A stretch of DNA of 37,494 bases, taken from the NCBI GenBank assembly GCA_032718475.1, contig JAUCBJ010006909.1:1-37494 (forward strand), in the 5' to 3' direction. This document shows positions 22,700 through 32,320 of this stretch, piece by piece. The notes under the pieces were generated by a model. It saw only the letters and a program-made list of their open reading frames with translations. It was not told the DNA's origin and made no database searches. The DNA is from Nemertoderma westbladi (Eukaryota > Animalia > Xenacoelomorpha). Position numbers and translations under genes: made by a program. How positions within the stretch are numbered: position 1 is the first letter of the stretch; each line of letters begins with the position of its first letter.

Positions 22700-25462
22700 C
22701 TACCGCTGGTAAAATGTCTGGGAAGCGGACGACGCAGACCCAAGAGAAGCTTGCGCCCCCTTTTGATCAGCTGGTATATGTCCCGATCCTCCTTGCGGTT
22801 CTCTGGGAAGCGAAACCGTATCACGAGTAATTCGAATAGTCGGTTCGTTTCCCCTTCGTTCTTCAACATTGATAGTTTTCTTTAATTGTTGGCCCACTTT
22901 CTGAACCCTTATGAACCTATGCTGTCCGCCCTCCCGAGGGTGACGTGCAGACGGCGCGACCGGAGTAGCTGGTATGTTGGTCGCCTCTAGGACCTCCTCT
23001 TCCTCGAATACGCTCACTCGTATACGTTTATGGTAGAACGCGGCTCGGTACGCCCATGCGACGGTTAACCAAGCTCCCTTGTTCCGCTTTTCCATTCGGA
23101 AACGATCAAATTCACCATAGGTGATACGATTAACGACTTTCTGGAAATTCCATGTATTCTTATTGTCAGGGTGTATCTGTAACAAGTATTCGCGCACAAC
23201 TCGAAATCCACTATCGTGAGGCAAAATATCAACTACCTCGATGAGTTCGTCATATTGTGGCATAGCGGAGATATATCCTTCCGACATCATAGTTTGGGGA
23301 TTTACTGCCCAAAATCCAAGATGCGCTCTCATCGGGAATCGTCTTCTTTGTGCCGATACATGTTCGTCAGCTAAATCTTCCCAATCATCAAATAGTTTTC
23401 GCACGAGTTTTACAGATTTGTGTTCGTAAGGTATGTCTCGCAATTGGCATTCAGATGCTCGATGTCCCTTTATATTGCAGTATGTGCATTGAGCCATAAA
23501 TCTCCAGCAAGTATAAAATGTATGGAACCCTTGATCTCCACACCATCCACAGATTAGTTGAGTCGTAGTAATGTGCTTTCCACTGCACTTTGTCGAATGA
23601 TGTCCAGCGACGCCACATTTACCACACATCGTATTAGCAGGGTACCACACTCGCTCATATATAAGATCTCCAATGGGTCGAGCGCTTCCTCCCACACTAT
23701 AGTCATAATCGTCTGGATCGATAGGTTGGTATGTTTCAGAAGGTTGTATGCAAACTACAGCATCTGTTGCTTCTAGTTGTCGAATCTCCGTCTGAGATTT
23801 CTTCGGGAGGTTCCTTTCAATCTCAAGAAGTTCCTCTAAAGGATCGTCAATGATCGTTGTTACTTCGAAATCATCACCTAAGTGACCGATAGGCGCACGC
23901 GTCTGCCGTGATTCGTCCGTAAGCTCCACGATACGTTCTCCTTCATAGGGTAACAATGTAAACATAGATGGTCTTTCGATAAGAGATCCCGCACAGCGAA
24001 GATACACGTCTCGAAATATACTAAATCCTGCTCGAGTGAAGGCATTACACTGAGCGTCGGAATTGTAGAAGGGTTCGAGAAACCGTCTAAACACATCGGT
24101 ATGAATTCTCCCTTCCGCGTAGAATATATGATCTTCTCCGAGACAAAGTGGATGTCTTTTAAGAGTCCGAGACACAATGTCGGCGACTAAGCAAACATTC
24201 ACTGATGACTCTACCGCTAAATAATATTGTAGTACCGCTCTTGGAGGTGAAGTAATAGCCCAATATACGCATCCTATCCATTTGAGCTGTGATTCAAACT
24301 CGTTTATATCTGGAGTATCACCTTCTCCATACGTTTCGATATACTTTGTTCTTTTACTTTCCTTGTAATCCCAATTAAACATCAAATAGGAAATGTATCC
24401 AGTTCCGGTTTTCTGAGTATCATACTCACGGAAGTATCCTTGTTCTATAGACCACAGTATAAGAGGTCCGGTGTCGACGTAAGGTGTCGGTAATCGGTCA
24501 TCACTGTCCGACATGCCGGCGAAGTCGCTAATTAAGTCCTCTCTTACTCCTGATCCAATCTTTACAACAGTTTTATCTAAAATCATATTTCTCACCATCT
24601 TTGGTAACATTCTAGCATCGATATTGCAAGCCTGGTCCATCTTCTTTACTATATTAGTGATGAAATGGTGCCGCTTGGTAGTTCCTGGAGTTATCTGCAT
24701 TTGCTTGTCGCTCCTTTGTCTACTGAAAACGTGCAAAACTCCGCCTGCCGCTCTAATTTGTATAGTCTTGGAGGTTAGACTCTGCTGATGGCTGCCGCCC
24801 TCGTTGTCATAAAACATGTAACCATTTTCCTGAAACGATCTAAACGTCCTATTCCATTCGTCCAATAATTCTTCCGAAGGTTGCCAAATCTTCTCTATGT
24901 CTTTCTCGTCCTCGAAACGAATGACTTTACCTTGCCAGTCCGCAGCGATATCTGTATCCGACTCAAAGGTTCCTGTTCCAATCCATAAGCGAATTGTTTT
25001 GGTTAAATATCCTTTCAGGTTACTCGGAGCTATATCAGCGCCAGCTCTATCCAGTTCCCTAAAGTCTTGAATATGAGGCGGAACATTATGCACGACCTTT
25101 TGTGTAATATGTCTACGTAAATCATATATCTTAACCATATCGCTTAGAACAACTGCAGGAAGAAACTCTAAGTTTGAAATGATTTCCGGATGATCCACAA
25201 TAGGTATTTCATACGTCGTATCTTGTCGAACTGGTATACTAATAGGGAAATTGAGTGTCGTACTCAATGGTTTCGTAGTCGAAGTACTATACGGTTGCAT
25301 TTCTCTTGTCCTTTCCGGAGATGCAATCTGTAGTCTCTGAATAACGTTTTGAGCAAAGTTTATACTTTCGAAAACTTCCAGTGTCATCTCCTTAGCTGAA
25401 GTTTGATCGTGTGACGTCCAATGGTAAGGTAGGCTCGCGAGTCTTCCGCCCCATTCTTCCAT
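22700..25462 (-). CDS. Accessory retrotransposon ORF: putative DEDD(y)-type 3'-5' exonuclease plus three CCHC zinc knuckles
   Basis: 920-aa open frame. Motifs FYDNEG (ExoI-like), QIRAAGGVLHVF, VVKIGSGVREDL (ExoII-like), YVDT and QYYLAVES (ExoIII-like) occur in the WRN/EXD/mut-7 order. Knuckles are CGKCGVAGHHSTKC, CGWCGDQGFHTFYTC and CTYCNIKGHRASEC. Confidence 0.7.
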   Translation of the reverse strand: MEEWGGRLASLPYHWTSHDQTSAKEMTLEVFESINFAQNVIQRLQIASPERTREMQPYSTSTTKPLSTTLNFPISIPVRQDTTYEIPIVDHPEIISNLEFLPAVVLSDMVKIYDLRRHITQKVVHNVPPHIQDFRELDRAGADIAPSNLKGYLTKTIRLWIGTGTFESDTDIAADWQGKVIRFEDEKDIEKIWQPSEELLDEWNRTFRSFQENGYMFYDNEGGSHQQSLTSKTIQIRAAGGVLHVFSRQRSDKQMQITPGTTKRHHFITNIVKKMDQACNIDARMLPKMVRNMILDKTVVKIGSGVREDLISDFAGMSDSDDRLPTPYVDTGPLILWSIEQGYFREYDTQKTGTGYISYLMFNWDYKESKRTKYIETYGEGDTPDINEFESQLKWIGCVYWAITSPPRAVLQYYLAVESSVNVCLVADIVSRTLKRHPLCLGEDHIFYAEGRIHTDVFRRFLEPFYNSDAQCNAFTRAGFSIFRDVYLRCAGSLIERPSMFTLLPYEGERIVELTDESRQTRAPIGHLGDDFEVTTIIDDPLEELLEIERNLPKKSQTEIRQLEATDAVVCIQPSETYQPIDPDDYDYSVGGSARPIGDLIYERVWYPANTMCGKCGVAGHHSTKCSGKHITTTQLICGWCGDQGFHTFYTCWRFMAQCTYCNIKGHRASECQLRDIPYEHKSVKLVRKLFDDWEDLADEHVSAQRRRFPMRAHLGFWAVNPQTMMSEGYISAMPQYDELIEVVDILPHDSGFRVVREYLLQIHPDNKNTWNFQKVVNRITYGEFDRFRMEKRNKGAWLTVAWAYRAAFYHKRIRVSVFEEEEVLEATNIPATPVAPSARHPREGGQHRFIRVQKVGQQLKKTINVEERRGNEPTIRITRDTVSLPREPQGGSGHIPADQKGAQASLGSASSASQTFYQR

Positions 25463-25597
25463 CTCACCTTTCTCGAAAGCCTTGTAGGCTCTGTATAGGC
25501 TAAGAGCTTCTTTCTTTTCGCGGGTTGACTGAGTCGCCTCGTCCAGTGTAAGTTCAAATACATCGGGTTCAACAACCTTAGGTGGGTAAACGACAAT

Positions 25598-26218
25598 TTA
25601 TCCCGCCTTTGGTCCAGTCATAGCGAATGAATGATATGGATTCGATAAAGGATACCCTCCTTCCTGGTAGCGTAGTTGTTGATGGTTCGAACACCTCGCC
25701 AATATCGGTTCGGGATTTTCCTTATTTAAACGCATCGGAATCGCATTTTGTTGTTCGCGCATACAAGCACCGCATTGATAATAAAGTTTATAAACTGAAA
25801 ATGCTTCCTTTGTTTCTCTATCGTCCCCTCGAGTTCGTCTGTAAAGATGCATTCCATCGAATTCATCGCGTACCGCAGGCATAGGTTCATGCGCCTTCAG
25901 GTATTGCATGGTATGATACAAACGACTAATTTCGGTATCGGGATCTTCGCTAATATCTCCCATATCACATAAAGCGTCGTACGGGTAAAGTTCATTGAAG
26001 GTTTTGCGTAAACTTTCGATTCTTTCATTTAACGCATTTTGCCTTCTCTTTAATACGTTCGAGTCAGATTTAGTCTTTGCGAGTTTCGCTGTACTTTCTG
26101 ATAAATCCTTTATTCCAAATATGGTGTAGTCTTTAGCTCCAAACCGTTCGAATGGCGCTGCTGCTTCCTCTTGGATATCATATCCCCATCTCGGCTCTCC
26201 ATGTATCCCCTTCGCCAT
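25598..26218 (-). CDS. N-terminal part of the accessory ORF (coiled coil, CxxC..CxxH), in frame with 22700-25462
   Basis: First in-frame ATG at 26218 (MAKGIHG). After the TAA at 25598-25600, 45 sense codons lead directly into the ATG at 25462. Confidence 0.65.
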   Translation of the reverse strand: MAKGIHGEPRWGYDIQEEAAAPFERFGAKDYTIFGIKDLSESTAKLAKTKSDSNVLKRRQNALNERIESLRKTFNELYPYDALCDMGDISEDPDTEISRLYHTMQYLKAHEPMPAVRDEFDGMHLYRRTRGDDRETKEAFSVYKLYYQCGACMREQQNAIPMRLNKENPEPILARCSNHQQLRYQEGGYPLSNPYHSFAMTGPKAG

Positions 26219-26880
26219 TATTTGAGGTATGGTTACATAATCATTACTACTAGAGGGAATACAACAGAGTTTATTGTTAGTTGTGAGGAGATGTGAGAGT
26301 TTTCGTTTGCCCTTTTGGCTCGACAACGCTCTAACCTCCTACCCATAGCCTAAGATCTAGGGTTTCTTTAATGACACGCTGTTTCTTATCTAAAAGTTTT
26401 GCCGAAACAAAAACGAATTTGGGCTAAACTGGCTGTGAGTCTAAAATACTCACTTTTTGATCCCAAACTATTATCAGAAAATAAGCAATCAAGAATTAGT
26501 AATAAATATAGGGAAGTCTATTATTTGACGTAACTTATTAAAACAAGACCGTGTAAAATTTAATTAAATTTAAGAAAGGCTCGCGAGTCTTCCATTCTCT
26601 TGTTTCTCTAATTTTAAGTTCCACCCGACTGTACCCTGAAATCTATTCACTGGAGAAAATTTTAAAAATTTTTCAAATCCAAATTGGATTGTCTAAAATT
26701 TCGAAAATGTCTCAATATTGTGAGTTCCAAGTAGAATTCCATTTCTTATACCTACAAATCCCGCTCCTATGTGACACATAAGGGTACTACCCTCAATGTT
26801 CACATATAAAGACAATGGAATTCTACCGCTGTCCTTACTACAGTGTACAGGTACGTGGAAATCTATTTGTAAACTCCTTA

Positions 26881-29136
26881 CTATTTACTAACAGTAGTTG
26901 GAGACTTGTAATCTCCAGACTTGTTTCGCGTCTCTTCAAGAAGTACGAGACGTTGAGTCAGTCTGTCTACTGTACGACCGTCAATTGTCCGTACCGTCAC
27001 AGTTCTTGTCACTCCATCCATAGATGGATGTGTGTCTAAAATTACACCTGTTATCCAGAAGCGTCTTTTTAGATTCACTTCTGCTAACAGCACGTGATCT
27101 CCCACTCTTAAAGCGCGAGTTTTGTTGTACCAAGCAGTTCTGGCAGAAATAGAGGGCAAATAATGGTTTTGCCATATTTCCCAGAATTTGTTAGCTAGTA
27201 GTTGCGTGATTTTCCACGCTTTTCTACCGTAGCTATCGCCTTCTATTGGAATAGAAATAGGCGTTAATGTGGTCGGTGCCTGAATAAGCAGGTGTGCCGG
27301 TGTTAAAGCAAACTGGGATTGTTTGTCATCGGGTACTAATACTATTGGTCTAGTATTTAGTATTGCCTCGATTTCAACAAACAATGTTGTCAGTTGGTCG
27401 TCTGTCAAGATGTGGTTTACTGGAATTACTTTCGCCATGGCTGTTTTTATAGATCTAATCAATCTCTCCCAGACTCCGCCTCTCCATGGACTATCTGGAG
27501 GATTAAACTTCCAAACAATCTTGTAAGGACGTAGTTCGTTTGAGATTTGATCATGATCTAATTTCTTAAAGGCTCTAGCAATTTCATTTCGAGCACCAAC
27601 AAAGTTTGTACCTTGGTCTGAGTACAAGCATTTTACTAGTCCGCGTCTAGCGATAAATCGCCACAATGCTAGTATAAAAGCGTTGGTGGAAAGATCCATC
27701 ACACGTTCAATATGAACTGCCCTACTGGACATGCATGTGAAAATCAGTCCCCAGCGTTTCACTAGTATACGTCCACGTTTCGTATGTATGGGACCAAAGC
27801 AGTCAATTCCAGTCTCTGTGAAAGGTGGTCTGAATGCCTGTAGTCGTGCTTGTGGAAGTTCACTCATTTCTTGGGTACTTATTCTAGAATGTACCTTCTT
27901 ACAAATAATACACATACGTGTCACTGAACTTAACGCTTTACTGGGTCTAATTAATACAAATCTTGTACGTAAGTAGGAAAGACAGTGGTGTCTTCCAGCG
28001 TGTTTAAGATGTAAGTGTGCATCCAGTATCATTGCACGTTGTAATTCGTGATGTTGCGGTATTATTATCGGGTATCTAAAATCAGTATTAAAGTCAATGT
28101 TTTGAAGCCGAGATTTATGACAAATTAAGCCATTATAAATTATCGGACTCCAACTCAATATTGGTGACGACTTGATTGGTTGACCTTGACTTATGGATGT
28201 GAATTCGCGTGCGAAATATCGCAATTGGTAATGGCGAATTAATTTAATTTCACATCTGTCAATCTCAGTCAATGTGAGTCGACGTGTAAAGTCGCATTTG
28301 CCTTTAACGTATTGTACAAAACGTACAATCCATGCTAATTTTCGGCACGCGTTGGTCCAAGAATCTGTCAGGTTTACAATGCGGTCGACGTAAGTATTTA
28401 TGACGTCATCAGGTAAGTCAATGGAGAATTTGGAAGGTTTTGTTTTACTAGATAGGCCCACGAGTCCGCCGGTAAGAATTCCCTTGTTGACTGTTGATCC
28501 GTCCGGGTCTACAAGTAATTTGTCTTTCTTCGTCTTCTTACCTTGATTGTCAGTATCTTGTAAGTCGATCCCTAATGGTGGTTTTAACTCTATGGGATCA
28601 CTGGGTTTAGGTAAACTTATTTCTGTGCCGATATTAATCCCAGGTCTCACTGTAGGTTGTAAGGTTGGTATGTTTCTTGAGCGTAAAGTAACACCTGTAT
28701 TTATATTTGCGTAGGTACTACCCACATCTGTAATACATGAGGTTTCACTGTACTTATGGTTACTCAAGGGTGTCAAATTTGGTAGTTTGTCAATAGAAGG
28801 CCGCTCCAATAGGGAAACTGCGGCTTTACTATGTGTTAGTGTGTTACTAGTGTCTGGTAGAACATCTTGTGATATGTCTGGTAAAATGTTTCGCGGAACT
28901 TCCGGCGAAACGTCTAGTGACATGTCTGGCAAAATGTCTGGTTGACCGTCTGGTAACGTGTCTGGTTGACCGTCTGGCGATACGTCTGGTAACATGTCTG
29001 GTTGACCGTCTGGCGATACGTCTGGTTGAGAAAGGCTCGCAAGTCTTCCTGCCTTAATTTTGTGAGTTATATTCTTCCATATCGCCTTTGGTTTCTTCTT
29101 AAGTTTCACCGTTGTCCTTTTCTTTGCTTTACCTTT
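26881..29136 (-). CDS. BEL/Pao pol C-terminus: long linker plus integrase
   Basis: SWTNACRKLAWIVRF, H-H-C-C zinc domain (AHLHLKHAG..CIICKK), TGIDCFGP, SDQGTNFVGA, PWRGGVWERLI, and the DUF5641-like FWEIWQNHYL..GVTRTVTV end. The 5' side is cut by the second element. Confidence 0.93.
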   Translation of the reverse strand, partial: KGKAKKRTTVKLKKKPKAIWKNITHKIKAGRLASLSQPDVSPDGQPDMLPDVSPDGQPDTLPDGQPDILPDMSLDVSPEVPRNILPDISQDVLPDTSNTLTHSKAAVSLLERPSIDKLPNLTPLSNHKYSETSCITDVGSTYANINTGVTLRSRNIPTLQPTVRPGINIGTEISLPKPSDPIELKPPLGIDLQDTDNQGKKTKKDKLLVDPDGSTVNKGILTGGLVGLSSKTKPSKFSIDLPDDVINTYVDRIVNLTDSWTNACRKLAWIVRFVQYVKGKCDFTRRLTLTEIDRCEIKLIRHYQLRYFAREFTSISQGQPIKSSPILSWSPIIYNGLICHKSRLQNIDFNTDFRYPIIIPQHHELQRAMILDAHLHLKHAGRHHCLSYLRTRFVLIRPSKALSSVTRMCIICKKVHSRISTQEMSELPQARLQAFRPPFTETGIDCFGPIHTKRGRILVKRWGLIFTCMSSRAVHIERVMDLSTNAFILALWRFIARRGLVKCLYSDQGTNFVGARNEIARAFKKLDHDQISNELRPYKIVWKFNPPDSPWRGGVWERLIRSIKTAMAKVIPVNHILTDDQLTTLFVEIEAILNTRPIVLVPDDKQSQFALTPAHLLIQAPTTLTPISIPIEGDSYGRKAWKITQLLANKFWEIWQNHYLPSISARTAWYNKTRALRVGDHVLLAEVNLKRRFWITGVILDTHPSMDGVTRTVTVRTIDGRTVDRLTQRLVLLEETRNKSGDYKSPTTVSK
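28850..29028. repeat. Coding tandem repeat (12-bp GTCTGG-based subunits, 36-bp higher-order unit)
   Basis: Encodes (QPDVSPDGQPDMLPDVSPDG...) PDxx repeats. Confidence 0.9.
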
Positions 29137-30944
29137 TGTTACGGTATATGGCGCTGTATCCACAGTATTAGTCCGTTATGCAGTATGCAATATTAGTCCG
29201 TTATACTGTACGTAATATTAGTCCGTTGTGCAGCATAATATTTTAGATAAGGCATAATAACGCAGTGGTATTTAGGTAGGGAAATCAAAACGCCCATATA
29301 TTTTGCATCCATTCATTTTGTATAGTATGTAGCCCTACCTACGTAATTTTGTATTAGGTTATATGTAGATAGTTCCAGGGTAAGTTTATTCGGACCCTGG
29401 ATTCCGTGCTTGCTGATATTAGCTTTAGTAGGGCTAGCATATAGGGACGCTGTCCTGGCCATTCAGCAGCCAGAGACGTGAACCATTACCATATATGGTA
29501 ATAATTCGAGGAAAGGGAGCAAATAGGGCTACAATCCGGCCTCCTTATTGGACTAGCTGCTTCCAGGTTGGTCTAGTGCTAGCACGGACTGGAGAGCCAA
29601 TAAGAAAGCGATTGAGTCACCCTATTGCATCACCCCATCCGGATCACCTATAAATTGGCGGTGTGCCGGTAGAGCCTCACTCTTATCACATGACACCTAG
29701 CCCTAGCACCTGTCTTACTGTTTTCTTGATACTCGTATTTTCTGCAATTTGCTAATTTGATTAATTTCTTGAAATGATTTGCTAGTGCGATTACTTGCTT
29801 GTGTTTCTCAATAATTCCTTCGATTACTGCTAATTACAATTGAACTATGATTTCTACCCCTTGATTGATGGTTCTATGTGATTCTTTCTGCGCAATAACC
29901 CCAAGGGATTCCTGAGACTGTCGGACTTTGTGATTTGCATGCGCCGCTACGGTAGCTATTAGCATCATGGAGGGCTAAGGCGCCAGTGGGCGGTGGGCGC
30001 ATCGGGGGGTTGAGCGACTAGGAGGGAGCGGAGGATTCAAAGGCGAGCAACGCTGGCGGGGGGTCACCGTTGCGGTCGGGCAATTTGCATTGTAGCGTGG
30101 GGGCAGCTCGCTGGTACAGTAATTAGGGGGCTGATGATCCAGGTTTTGTCTCTATTTAGTATTAGGGGGGCAGGAATTGGGTTAGTTAGGAAGCCTAGAT
30201 GTACCCGGGAGAGGTCTGCGTGCTTTACAATTGCGAATTGCATGTATTGCGAATTATTATATTGTGCTGTGTAATTGCTAATTGCGTGCATTGCGGATTG
30301 TACAATTGTGAATCGCGCATTGCGAGATGTGATTGCTGACGCTGATTGGTGTGTTACTAAAGTGTGCCTAAGATTACGAAAGCTTAGATAGGCGCTCTTT
30401 TCCCTTTGATTGATTTCTATCTCTTAGTTTACTGTAAATAATTACTGATTAGGTCAAAGTAATACAGTATTTTAGGCTGTTACATATTTGTGACTGTAAT
30501 TAATTAGTAAAATTAAGAATTAGTACGCAGCATAGCGGAGAGTAGCTAAGGTAATAATTAGAGTACCGTAAACTATTCACGCTGAGCGGTTATTTGAATT
30601 AGCGGGCAATAAGCTAGATAGCAGTATTCAGTACGCAAAACGCATTAGTAATTTGCTGGCCTAAAGCCAGCCGCAGACAAGTTTAGTCCCACTATAGGTA
30701 TTAGCCCTAATAAAAACTGTACCACTTTGATTATTTTAAATATTCTCGCATTCACACATTCCGTTAGGGAACCCCCAGTATTCGCGATTAGAAAAGACGT
30801 AGGCATTGGCGTACTTTAACAGTAAGATTAGGCGTAAGAATATACTCTGAGTGTAAAACCTCTCACACTCGTTTTAAGTCAGCTTAGGGAGCCGATTCGG
30901 GTTTGTTGTTTTGGTTATTCCCGCGTGGCTCATATATTCGAACA
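29137..30944 (+). mobile_element. 5' LTR of the plus-strand BEL/Pao element
   Basis: Begins TGTTAC where the minus-strand pol is interrupted and has three 25-bp repeats (29166-29238). CCAAT elements at 29547 and 29597, TATAAAT at 29649 and Inr-like TCACTCT at 29677. The proposed end TTCGAACA is followed by TAGCTCTCTATCGAG, a weak tRNA-Asp PBS resemblance. The 3' boundary is tentative. Confidence 0.6.
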
Positions 30945-31174
30945 GTTAGCTCTCTATCGAGTAATTGGTAGAGAAAGGAACAAGAAATTAGCAGGAGCCG
31001 TAGAAAATTAGTAAAACATATTAGCGGACGGCAGGTTAGCGCCATCTAACGGTAAGTAGCGGTTTTGTATTTAGCAGCCCCTCACATTAGCAATAATACG
31101 CTCCTGATTGCCCTGTCTAATAAATAGAGCAGTTTTGTGTCTTTATTGGTTAGGCCGGGGTAGTTTGTTTAACA

Positions 31175-31490
31175 GTAAAGCACGTTTTGTTTTGCTGTAC
31201 TGTGTACAGTAAGACAGAGAGTATATTCTTTTAGGCTGTTAAATTAGATTACTGTATTATTTACTGTACTGCGTATAGTAGGACAGAGAGTGTATTTTTA
31301 GGCTAGTTTAGATTACTGTATTCACTGGTCGCTGGTACAATAGTACAGTAGTACATTAGGCTGATTGCTGTTACTGCGTACGGTAGAAGGACATTTGTTT
31401 GCCGTACCACACACAGTATCATTAGGCTGTTAGGTTGGTGTACTGTTTTACTTACTGTACTGCATACAGTGGATGTACGGTAGTGCGTTT
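31175..31490 (+). repeat. Degenerate tandem repeats in the 5' leader
   Basis: About five ~60-70 bp units containing TTAGGCTG..TTACTGT..ACTGTACTG..TACAGTA. Confidence 0.6.
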
Positions 31491-32320
31491 TTGCTAATTG
31501 CGAATACAGCAGTTCCTTAGGCCTTAGGGCAAACAGTAATTAGTAAGTTTTTTGAAAATTTTAGCTAGGTTTGCGAGAATTCAGTTTCGGTCAAAATTAT
31601 TTGTAAAATTCTAGAGTTTTGTACCGGTATGTTAGGTAACCGCTTAGTTATTTTATACCATCTGGAGATACATGGCAAGACGGAACTTCTGAGTTTGGGG
31701 TTCGTGTGGGTCTGCGGGTTCGGTTTGCAATCAGCGAAGGGCCTGAATCTTTGGACGCGGACGTGGAATCTCACAGCAAACAAGGTTAGTTGTTCTGTTG
31801 GCACCATAGTGTTTGTGGAAGCAGTAAAAAATTATCGGTTGTTTAACTGCGAGGCTGAACTCAATTTATTAGTTAGGATATTTAGGTTTAGCCGGCCATG
31901 GTTTTTTGAATCGCTCAAGTTAGAGAGAGAGTTAGAGAGAGTCGCAACCCGAAGATGTAGCCACGCGCTAGTGGATACATATAATATTTGAAATTAAAAT
32001 TACGTTGATTAGAGCTATATAAAATTAGAAATATTCGGGTGGCAAGTTTATTTTGAATATTTTGTATTAGATTCAAAGTTATTTGTGCTATACCGGTATT
32101 TAATGCTATAGTAGCTATATAATAATATTTTTGTTTAAATATTGTGCTAGTATTTGCTATAACTATACCCCATTAAATTCACAATATTGCATTGCGAATT
32201 TATTTGACATTTGGACCAACTGATTATTTGACAATTAATTTGACCGTATTTCGGTTAAATTATAATTATATCTCGAACTTTTGCGAGATATTTTGCCGGA
32301 AGGCAAACATTATTTAGACT

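Noticed and set aside
22700-25462. env gene or a second gag
   Set aside because: No signal peptide, transmembrane helix or fusion-protein Cys pattern is visible. The knuckles follow an exonuclease-like region, with no DUF1759 capsid or protease.
29137-29163. Start codon of the 760-aa integrase ORF
   Set aside because: These codons come from the inserted LTR read antisense, so the true pol 5' part lies elsewhere.
31888-31915. Alternative LTR end and PBS (CCGGCCA|TGGTTTTTTGAATCG)
   Set aside because: It lacks the inverted match to the TGTT LTR start that TTCGAACA at 30944 gives. It cannot be excluded without the 3' LTR.
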